The notes below the pieces were generated by a model. It was not told where the DNA came from. It saw only the letters and a program-made list of their open reading frames with translations, and did no database searches. From assembly GCA_035271645.1 (NCBI GenBank), contig DATERJ010000008.1:1051-65050 (forward strand): 64,000 nt of DNA, given 5' to 3'. The translations under genes were made by a program, and so were the position numbers. Source of the DNA: Candidatus Dojkabacteria bacterium. Its GTDB lineage: Bacteria > Patescibacteriota > Dojkabacteria > SC72. Positions 1 to 6,987 of this stretch are shown piece after piece (position 1 is the first letter of the stretch; the number at the start of each line of letters is the position of its first letter).

Positions 1-180
1 CCAAAGATTGTAAGGAGGAAAAAGATAGAAGATACTTCACCTTTAGAAGAGGGTGAGGCAATAGAGAGGATGGAGATGTTAGGATATGATTTTTTCCTCT
101 TTAGAAACAAGAGAACAGATAGAGTATCAGCCGTATACAAAAGAAAAGATGGCTCATACGGAATTGTAGAGCCATCTTAA
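1..180 (+). CDS. hpf: Ribosome hibernation promoting factor (long HPF / S30EA family), C-terminal part, 5'-truncated by window edge
   Basis: Own translation of frame 1: PKIVRRKKIEDTSPLEEGEAIERMEMLGYDFFLFRNKRTDRVSAVYKRKDGSYGIVEPS*, matching the long-HPF C-terminal signature (EAI..M..LG.DFF.F......V.YKRKDG.YG). Confidence 0.9.
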   Translation, partial: PKIVRRKKIEDTSPLEEGEAIERMEMLGYDFFLFRNKRTDRVSAVYKRKDGSYGIVEPS

Positions 181-198
181 AATCTCTGCTTAATCTAT

Positions 199-1053
199 CT
201 ACTTAGCAGGCCTGTTAAACAGGTTTCTGGTAATCTGATTGATTGTTCCAAAGAATTTGTAGACAGGTTTCTCTCTAGAGTTATCTTGAATTGCATACTC
301 CTCTGTCTTGTTTAACAACCAATTCTGCTTCTCCTGTCCTACCATTTGAGCTATGTAATACTCAGTTGTCTTCTCTTTGAAAGTCTCATAATCAAGTTTC
401 TCACCTTCCTTTAGAGCATCAGTTTCTTTTGCAAACAATACATTACTGTACTGCTCAAAGAATGCCTTTACATCATCATCGCTATAGTTGATTGAAGGAC
501 CAATTAGCTTGGTATAGTACATATCAATTCTAATATTATCCTCAAGGTCCTTTAATTCATAGTTAGCAGCCTTCATTGCAGTATTAAATGCATCTTCTCC
601 TCCGATATCTTCCTTAATCTGTTCAACCCTCTCATCAATCTCCTCCTTTGTGACTTTAACATCAGCTTTCTTAGCTTCTAACATTACAATACTGTCGTTG
701 ATAAGGGATTCTGCAACTGCTTGTCCACTTACCTTTTCTAGTACTCTGTGCCATTCTGCTTTACTAATTCTTTTCCCATTAACAACAGCAACACTTCTTT
801 CATTCCTTACATACTGTACTGCATAGTCTGCAAGTACTACGACTAGGAATATACCGATTACAATGGTAACAATTTTTAGAATGGAACCTACAAGAGGATT
901 ACTGTTAAGCTTTTTAAGAATGGAATCCTTAAAGGATAATACCTTCTTCTTTGTAGTAGTTTTTTTAGTGACTGTTTTTTTCTTTGGAGTAGTCTTTTTC
1001 TCCACTTTTGGGGCGGTTTTCTTTTTGGAAACAATTTTCTTTGTTCTTGCCAT
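199..1053 (-). CDS. Membrane-anchored SurA-N/PrsA-like chaperone, no recognisable rotamase domain
   Basis: Lys-rich N-tail, one TM, VAVVNGKRIS...LIN..IV..EAKK..VKVT.EEID pattern of the SurA N-terminal domain. Confidence 0.75.
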   Translation of the reverse strand: MARTKKIVSKKKTAPKVEKKTTPKKKTVTKKTTTKKKVLSFKDSILKKLNSNPLVGSILKIVTIVIGIFLVVVLADYAVQYVRNERSVAVVNGKRISKAEWHRVLEKVSGQAVAESLINDSIVMLEAKKADVKVTKEEIDERVEQIKEDIGGEDAFNTAMKAANYELKDLEDNIRIDMYYTKLIGPSINYSDDDVKAFFEQYSNVLFAKETDALKEGEKLDYETFKEKTTEYYIAQMVGQEKQNWLLNKTEEYAIQDNSREKPVYKFFGTINQITRNLFNRPAK

Positions 1054-1128
1054 TAGAATTGATTAAATAAATTATATGTTAAGTAGTTTAACAAAATATT
1101 AGAGAATAGGGAAGGGGGTGGGGTTAAA

Positions 1129-1158
1129 TTGACTTAACACCCTATAGTGAGGTATAAT
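1129..1158 (+). promoter_or_regulatory. Sigma70-type promoter of orphan cassette 1
   Basis: TTGACT (1129-1134), 18 nt spacer, TATAAT (1153-1158). Confidence 0.75.
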
Positions 1159-1186
1159 GTAAGTAGGTATCTAGTAATAGATATAC

Positions 1187-1201
1187 TGCTCGTTAAAAAT
1201 T
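1187..1201 (+). promoter_or_regulatory. boxA-like (Nus factor) motif preceded by a GUAA-tetraloop hairpin
   Basis: TGCTCGTTAAAAATT versus the rrn boxA consensus TGCTCTTTAAMAAT; hairpin GTATCTA-GTAA-TAGATAT at 1167-1184. Confidence 0.6.
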
Positions 1202-1239
1202 AAGGTCTATACATTTTCTCCAACTTTTTTTAATATGTT

Positions 1240-1302
1240 TTAATACCAACATTTAGGTACTTAGTTATATATACATACTAGGTGTTTGGATGTTGGTATT
1301 AA
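1240..1302 (+). other. 26-bp RNA hairpin in the cassette 1 leader
   Basis: 1240-1265 pairs with 1277-1302: 20 Watson-Crick plus 6 G-U pairs, no true mismatches on the + strand. Confidence 0.85.
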
Positions 1303-1325
1303 CAACGAAAAAATTCAAAAAGATT

Positions 1326-1560
1326 AATTGCCTAATTAGGCAGAAAAGGAGATTGAAATGGAAGGGAAACAATCTTTTTCCGAACGTATTTTGAACATAC
1401 CATTTTTTGAATGGTTCTTTGAAAAAGGCTTAGGCATGATTCTGTTTACTCTTGCCTGGATAGGTATGACTGTTTACTTTTTGCTAAGTCTTTTTGTTCT
1501 TACTGGATGGTTTCAGTGTTTATGGTAAGTAAATTGCCTTGTTAGGCAGAAAAGGAGATT
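1326..1560 (+). repeat. Duplicated 29-nt hairpin+RBS module (1326-1354 and 1532-1560)
   Basis: AATTGCCT(AA/TG)TTAGGCAGAAAAGGAGATT, 27/29 identical, each a few nt before an ATG. Confidence 0.9.
1358..1528 (+). CDS. Small 56-aa hydrophobic membrane protein (not in ORF track)
   Basis: Strong SD AAAAGGAG before ATG; MEGKQSFSERILNIPFFEWFFEKGLGMILFTLAWIGMTVYFLLSLFVLTGWFQCLW*. Confidence 0.75.
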   Translation: MEGKQSFSERILNIPFFEWFFEKGLGMILFTLAWIGMTVYFLLSLFVLTGWFQCLW

Positions 1561-1564
1561 AAGA

Positions 1565-2494
1565 ATGCACGGATTTGACTTTAAAGACTGGTACAATCCC
1601 TTAGAAAGCTATCCCATGGGTGAGACACCTAAAATTAACACCTTTGGAGAAACCAGAGAAACTGCTGAGATAAATTATCTAATAGCCAGGGAAACATATA
1701 ATGTTTTTGCTCGGTACCTGAGAGCTTATGAAACAAAGGATCCATCTATTTTTGTAAAACAGAATTGGGATGGTCTTGGAGAAAGTATGGTACTTGGTGA
1801 TGGTGATTATGTTCCAATTACCACTCTGAGAAAAATTGTTGATGATACCTTAGAAAATGTTTTTGAAACAGGTGGTCGTTTGGCACAATTTCAGTGTTAC
1901 GCCAATACTCGTTTTACAAGAGAACACGCAGCAACAATGGATCCTCACGATTTGTTGGACTACTTCATAACAACGTCCTTTTACATCGAACCATCGTTGA
2001 AGATGATCGATGATTATATAAATTTCATTAAACCCAGGGATGAAAAATATTATTCAGATGACTATGTCAATAGATATGTTAGATTATTTGACAATTGTCT
2101 GAAATATATGCAGAATAAAAACACTCCCATACCCAATGAATTTGTCAATGGAGTTCTGAATTGTTTAAACGAGGGATGTCGTATCCCGAAATACAAACCT
2201 GAAGATTACCAGAACTGCAGTAGCTCTTCAGAGTCCTTTTGTAGATTAACTATAGCACTTGAGAACAAGATCAAGAATGCTATCTATATGAAATTTTCTG
2301 ATATAGAGTACAAGAAGGACTTGTACAAGGAATATTATGGTAAAACCGATGGTTTTATCTATGATGACAACTACTTGGAAGAAATTGGTTTTAATGCTTG
2401 GACTAAAAGTAAATCACGTAAGTCAAGAAACTTTGACAACGCTCTAAACTATCACCGCGCCTTGATTCACGAAGAGGAAACTCGAGTTGATTAA
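1565..2494 (+). CDS. Hypothetical protein, 309 aa, Tyr/Asp-rich orphan
   Basis: Long ORF with strong SD; no family recognised. Confidence 0.8.
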   Translation: MHGFDFKDWYNPLESYPMGETPKINTFGETRETAEINYLIARETYNVFARYLRAYETKDPSIFVKQNWDGLGESMVLGDGDYVPITTLRKIVDDTLENVFETGGRLAQFQCYANTRFTREHAATMDPHDLLDYFITTSFYIEPSLKMIDDYINFIKPRDEKYYSDDYVNRYVRLFDNCLKYMQNKNTPIPNEFVNGVLNCLNEGCRIPKYKPEDYQNCSSSSESFCRLTIALENKIKNAIYMKFSDIEYKKDLYKEYYGKTDGFIYDDNYLEEIGFNAWTKSKSRKSRNFDNALNYHRALIHEEETRVD

Positions 2495-2515
2495 CATATA
2501 TAGACCTTAATCCAA

Positions 2516-2571
2516 AAGGATACCGTGGAACATATATATGTTCGCATTTAAATATGCAATACGGTATCCTT
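2516..2571 (+). terminator. Branched terminal stem-loop after cassette 1 (possible terminator or 3' stabiliser)
   Basis: AAGGATACCGT/ACGGTATCCTT 11-bp stem enclosing hairpins GAACATATATATGTTC and GCAT-TTAAAT-ATGC; lies between convergent genes. Confidence 0.6.
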
Positions 2572-2607
2572 CCTAACCTTTTCACAAACATATTACAAAG
2601 AAAGTAC

Positions 2608-3903
2608 TTACTTCTGTAAGTGAAGATAACAACTTGTCCAACCATTTGGATGTCTGATGTACGCATACTCTCCACCATATCCATCAACAGCTTTGTAAAG
2701 AGTACCTTCCATAACTGCATAGATAGGTGCTCCAAAGTTTACACTCCTATCAAACTTGTATGAGATTAGGTCAATAGCATAACCTTGATGATAGTTCTGT
2801 GACATGATAACTGTTGGTCCTGCAATTGGCAATCTCCAAGAACCAGGGTGCATGTATGGCCATCTCCAACCATCCCATCCAGTAATCCACGAAGGACCTC
2901 CTTGAGTAAGGTATCCACTTAAAACAGGAATAGTTCCATAACAAGGATTACCTGAATGACTGCCTCTCATTGAGAAGTGTAAGTGAGCACCACTAGACCA
3001 TCCAGTATTACCCATTCTTCCAATCCATGTTCCTGCCTTCACATACCCTTTATTTGCTGCCTGATCTCCATACTTACCAATATATGCAATGATAGCTTGA
3101 TCTAACTCTTGAGCTTTCTTAAGATTCTGTTGATAAGTAGCCATCAATTGTGCCCCCTTTATCTCTGCTTGGGCTAATAGCGATTCTCTCTCCTTCTTCT
3201 GTGCATCTAATGCTAATTTCTCTTCACCTAACTTTACTCTTTCTGCTTCTACTTCATCTCTTTTTTCTTTAAGCTCTTCATTCTTCTCACTTAACTTACT
3301 CTCTTCTACTAACAAACTAGCTGTTTTACCTGCATATTCCTCTAAAGACTTTCTATCTTGTACTCTTGTCATCTCTAAATATTTAATTTTTCTCAAAATA
3401 TTAGAGATATTCTTAAAATCCAGTAGTAATTCAAATTGATTGATAAAAGAGTATTTGTATGATTCTGTAATCCTCTCATTTACCATACTACTTAGAACCT
3501 CTATCTCTTGCTTAAGAATGGAAATATCATCTTCCTTCTCTTTAATCTCTTTCTCTAACATACTAATCTCAATATCTGTTGCTGCGATTTCAATTTGTAA
3601 TTCTTTCACAGCCCTCTCTGTCTGAGCAATGAGGTTGTTTGTATATACAATCTTCTCTTCTAGTGACAATTTCTTGTATTCAATATCTTTTAATTGCTTT
3701 TGAATACTACCTTGTTTTTTTTGAATAATAGCCAATTGGTCTCTTAGATAGTCCAGACACTCTACCGAGCTAGGGTTCATGTATGAAGGACACTTAGCTT
3801 GTGCTACAACAGGTTCATGTTTGTATGCTAGCAATATGAAAAAAGAGAATAGTCCAACTAAGAATATTGATAGTATTGTATATATGTTTTTTCTTCTGTT
3901 CAT
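2608..3903 (-). CDS. FtsEX-associated coiled-coil peptidoglycan hydrolase/activator with M23 peptidase domain (permuted order)
   Basis: N-terminal TM/signal, long coiled coil, IGRMGNTGWSSGAHLHF and GAPIYAV..G...GYG....IRHPNG...YLHL motifs; directly downstream of ftsX. Confidence 0.85.
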   Translation of the reverse strand: MNRRKNIYTILSIFLVGLFSFFILLAYKHEPVVAQAKCPSYMNPSSVECLDYLRDQLAIIQKKQGSIQKQLKDIEYKKLSLEEKIVYTNNLIAQTERAVKELQIEIAATDIEISMLEKEIKEKEDDISILKQEIEVLSSMVNERITESYKYSFINQFELLLDFKNISNILRKIKYLEMTRVQDRKSLEEYAGKTASLLVEESKLSEKNEELKEKRDEVEAERVKLGEEKLALDAQKKERESLLAQAEIKGAQLMATYQQNLKKAQELDQAIIAYIGKYGDQAANKGYVKAGTWIGRMGNTGWSSGAHLHFSMRGSHSGNPCYGTIPVLSGYLTQGGPSWITGWDGWRWPYMHPGSWRLPIAGPTVIMSQNYHQGYAIDLISYKFDRSVNFGAPIYAVMEGTLYKAVDGYGGEYAYIRHPNGWTSCYLHLQK

Positions 3904-3905
3904 TC

Positions 3906-4832
3906 TTAATCTAAATATTTCTTAACTGCACTTAAACTACTAATCAATCCAATTAAAGCTCCTACACCTATATGTATTAACATATACAGAACAAAGAATG
4001 GAATATCAACAGGTTTAACAAAGAGTAATCCCAAATCTCTTAATGTCTGATTAAGCCAATATGAAAAGCCAGCATCTTTCATTAAAGAAGAAAGAATTAT
4101 GTAGAAGGGGATAATGAGGAGAGAAGAAGCAATCAATCCACCTAATGCACCATATATACTGCCTTCTAGAATATATGGTTTTGTGATGTACTGCTTAGGG
4201 CTTCCAACTAAGTTCATAACTTTAATTTCTTCCTTGTGAGCATTAATGTTAAACCCAATGGTAATCCTAATCAATGAAAAAGCAATTACCCCCAAAGCTG
4301 ATATTAAAACAACAGATGAGATTCTAATAATGTTGGAAATAGCCTTAAGAGTATTTACAACCCCCTTGAAGTATATGACATCATCTATGGAAGCGTTTGT
4401 TTCTCTCTCTTTGTTAATGCGTTCAATCATTGTCATTAAAGCATCTACCGATTTAGCTTTCAGTTCTAAACTTGGAGGAAGAGAATCTGCAGTAACTGTT
4501 GCTAAAAGGTCTGGATTATCTGCAAAATCTTCTTTGTATATACTCAAAGCTTCCTCCTGAGAGATATATGTAATACTTTCAACAAGCTTCTCATCATTGA
4601 GTCGCTCCTTCACAGCTAAAATATCACTCTCTTTTGTATCTCTCTTGAAGAAAACAATTACCTGTGCTCTCTTTTCATAGTAATCCACTCCCTTTTGAGC
4701 TACTATTCCCAACGATATGAAAAAAGAGGAGATTAACAATACAATGGATGTTACCATCACAGTAGAAACAGAGAGGACTTTATTCCTCTGCATATTCTTT
4801 TTAGTTACATCAAAGATTTTCTTAGATTTCAT
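3906..4832 (-). CDS. ftsX: Cell division permease FtsX
   Basis: 4-TM layout, YISQEEAL, LPPSL and EI.VM.LVG..K.YI..PY.LEG motifs; follows ftsE. Confidence 0.92.
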   Translation of the reverse strand: MKSKKIFDVTKKNMQRNKVLSVSTVMVTSIVLLISSFFISLGIVAQKGVDYYEKRAQVIVFFKRDTKESDILAVKERLNDEKLVESITYISQEEALSIYKEDFADNPDLLATVTADSLPPSLELKAKSVDALMTMIERINKERETNASIDDVIYFKGVVNTLKAISNIIRISSVVLISALGVIAFSLIRITIGFNINAHKEEIKVMNLVGSPKQYITKPYILEGSIYGALGGLIASSLLIIPFYIILSSLMKDAGFSYWLNQTLRDLGLLFVKPVDIPFFVLYMLIHIGVGALIGLISSLSAVKKYLD

Positions 4833-4833
4833 T

Positions 4834-5832
4834 TTACTTCTTTTTATTATTTAAATACTCTTTTAGGAATTTTTCCAAATCTTTTTTCTCTTTCTTAGTT
4901 ATCTTGAGATTATCCAAATCATCTTCTGTAAGGTTGAGGATTAAATCCATACTTGTAATTTTAGCCTTAAGGAACTTGGCTTTAGTTCCTTTATCTAAAC
5001 CATCCATTACTTTGTCATATACAACATTTTCACTCTCTGTTCTCTCCTCTAAATCATCATCTATCTTAATCCCAACTTCTTCTTCCTCTTTAGGTTTTTC
5101 TTCTGTCTTAATTTTTGTTTCTTTGACAGGTGGTTTCTTTATCGTGTCATAGTCTCCTTTGTTGTCAGATATTATCTTTCCACCCTCCATCCTTATGACC
5201 CTTGTCTTCATCTTGTTTACAAGCTCTCTATCATGTGAGATTACCATAACTGTTGTTCCTCCTCTGTTTATACTATTAAGAATATCTAATATTTGGAAAG
5301 AACTATCTGGGTCTAAGTTACCAGTAGGTTCATCAGCAACAAGAAACTCTGGATTATTAGCCAAAGCTCTTGCGATAGCACCTCTCTGTTGCTCACCACC
5401 TGAAAGTTGAGCTGGGAATAGGTCTCTTCTGTCTTGAAGTTTTACTAACTCTAGAAGGTAGTCAGTTGTTTCTTTAATCTCTTTCTCATCTTTTCCAATT
5501 ATTTCAAGAGCAAACCTAATATTCTCCTCAAGTGTTTTTGACTCAAGAAGCTTAATATCTTGAAATACAACCCCTAATTTCTGTCTGTATGTAGGAAGAA
5601 GCTTAGTAGGTAATTTTGTAACCTCAATATTCTCAAAGATAATATCACCTGAAGTGGGGAGTTCTTCTCTGATTAGTAACCTCAAGAGAGTGGTTTTTCC
5701 TGCACCTGATGGACCAACTAAGAATGTGAATTCTCCCTTGTTAATACTAAACGAAATATCCTCCAAAGCAGTTATGGAGTCAGTATATTTCTTTGTAACC
5801 TTGTCAAAAAGTAACATGGCAGTTTCATTCAT
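4834..5832 (-). CDS. ftsE: Cell division ATP-binding protein FtsE with C-terminal extension
   Basis: GPSGAGKTT, GVVFQD, LSGGEQQR, ADEPTGNLD. Confidence 0.92.
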   Translation of the reverse strand: MNETAMLLFDKVTKKYTDSITALEDISFSINKGEFTFLVGPSGAGKTTLLRLLIREELPTSGDIIFENIEVTKLPTKLLPTYRQKLGVVFQDIKLLESKTLEENIRFALEIIGKDEKEIKETTDYLLELVKLQDRRDLFPAQLSGGEQQRGAIARALANNPEFLVADEPTGNLDPDSSFQILDILNSINRGGTTVMVISHDRELVNKMKTRVIRMEGGKIISDNKGDYDTIKKPPVKETKIKTEEKPKEEEEVGIKIDDDLEERTESENVVYDKVMDGLDKGTKAKFLKAKITSMDLILNLTEDDLDNLKITKKEKKDLEKFLKEYLNNKKK

Positions 5833-5857
5833 ATTAATATTTTACCACATATATATA

Positions 5858-6943
5858 TTACCCCATTCTAATCTCTGCTTCAATGAACTCATCAAGATTC
5901 CCATCTAATACACTTTCTGGGTTACTAGACTCCACATTTGTTCTTAAATCTTTTACCATTTTGTATGGATGAAGCACATAGTTTCTAATTTGATTCCCCC
6001 AACCTGCAATTTTGTAGTCTCCTTTAATCTCAGATATCTCTTTCAATTGTTCATCCTCTTTGATTCTCCACAACTTAGCCTTGAGAATGTTCATAGCGCT
6101 CTCTCTGTTTTGTGCCTGACTTCTCTCTGAGGAAGAACTTACAGTTATACCAGTAGGAATATGTGTAATCTGAACAGCAGAGGATGTTTTGTTAACCTTC
6201 TGTCCACCCGGACCACTTGCTCTTACTGCCTTGAAATCAATATCTTTCTCTGGAATCTCAATATCTGTTTTCTCTTTTGCAAAAAGAGGTAATACTTCAA
6301 CCCCTGCAAATGTTGTTTGTCTAAGTCCTTGAGCATTGTATGGAGAGATTCTAACTAATCTATGAACGCCTTGCTCTTTCTTTAACATTCCAAAGGAGAG
6401 AGGTTGGGTGATCTCAATTGTAACGGTTGCAATTCCTACCTCACTGCCTTTTAGCATCTCTGTAATGGTATAGCTCCAGCCTTGTTTGTCAAAATACATG
6501 GTGTACATTCTAAAAAGCATCTCTGTCCAATCATTAGCTTCTGTACCACCTTGTCCAGCATATATTGTCATCATGGTAGGATATTGGTCATATTCTCCAG
6601 AAAGAAACTGTCTTAAGGAAAACTTTTCTAACTCGCCTTTTAGTCTTAGATACTCATCAATTAGTTTATTCTGTTCAGTTTCTTTTTCTATCGACAGGAA
6701 AAGCTCAACAAGAGAGTCAATATCTTTTTTCAGTCTCTGTACAGTATCAATCTCTTCTTGAAGATATGCAATTTTAGACATAACTAATTTTGCATTCTCT
6801 TGATCTTCCCAGAAATTACTCTCAAGACTTTCTTTTTCTAATTCCTCTAGTTGAATCTTTTTACTACTTAAATCAAGAGCTTGTACTGTTTGTACAATAT
6901 CTTTCTCTAAATCTTCTACATCTCTTTTACTTAATTCATTCAT
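5858..6943 (-). CDS. prfB: Peptide chain release factor 2 (single uninterrupted ORF)
   Basis: GGTEA.DW..ML.RMY, GVHRLVRISPY, SGPGGQ.VNKT, WGNQIRNYVLHPY. Confidence 0.97.
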   Translation of the reverse strand: MNELSKRDVEDLEKDIVQTVQALDLSSKKIQLEELEKESLESNFWEDQENAKLVMSKIAYLQEEIDTVQRLKKDIDSLVELFLSIEKETEQNKLIDEYLRLKGELEKFSLRQFLSGEYDQYPTMMTIYAGQGGTEANDWTEMLFRMYTMYFDKQGWSYTITEMLKGSEVGIATVTIEITQPLSFGMLKKEQGVHRLVRISPYNAQGLRQTTFAGVEVLPLFAKEKTDIEIPEKDIDFKAVRASGPGGQKVNKTSSAVQITHIPTGITVSSSSERSQAQNRESAMNILKAKLWRIKEDEQLKEISEIKGDYKIAGWGNQIRNYVLHPYKMVKDLRTNVESSNPESVLDGNLDEFIEAEIRMG

Positions 6944-6987
6944 TCCTGTATATTATATTCAACTTAATTTAATATATCCAGAAGTAC

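Larger units (their letters stand above)
1199..2511 (+). repeat. Long-range inverted repeat bracketing cassette 1 (arms 1199-1226 and 2484-2511)
   Basis: ATTAAGGTCTATA (1199-1211) is the exact reverse complement of TATAGACCTTAAT (2499-2511); pairing continues in register to 23 of 28 positions. Confidence 0.85.

Noticed and set aside
1108-1143. G-rich tract and GTTAA/TTAAC inverted repeat around the -35 box
   Set aside because: Only three G-runs and a 5-bp arm; too weak to call a G-quadruplex or operator.
1326-1560. 29-nt direct repeats as a CRISPR array
   Set aside because: Only two copies, a 177-nt spacer that is an ORF, repeats contain an SD, and no cas genes.
1199-2511. Reading the cassette inverted repeats as IS/MITE or invertible-segment ends
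   Set aside because: No transposase or recombinase in the window, no target-site duplication seen, arms differ between the two cassettes, and the 3' arms overlap coding ends; RNA pairing fits better, though not proven.
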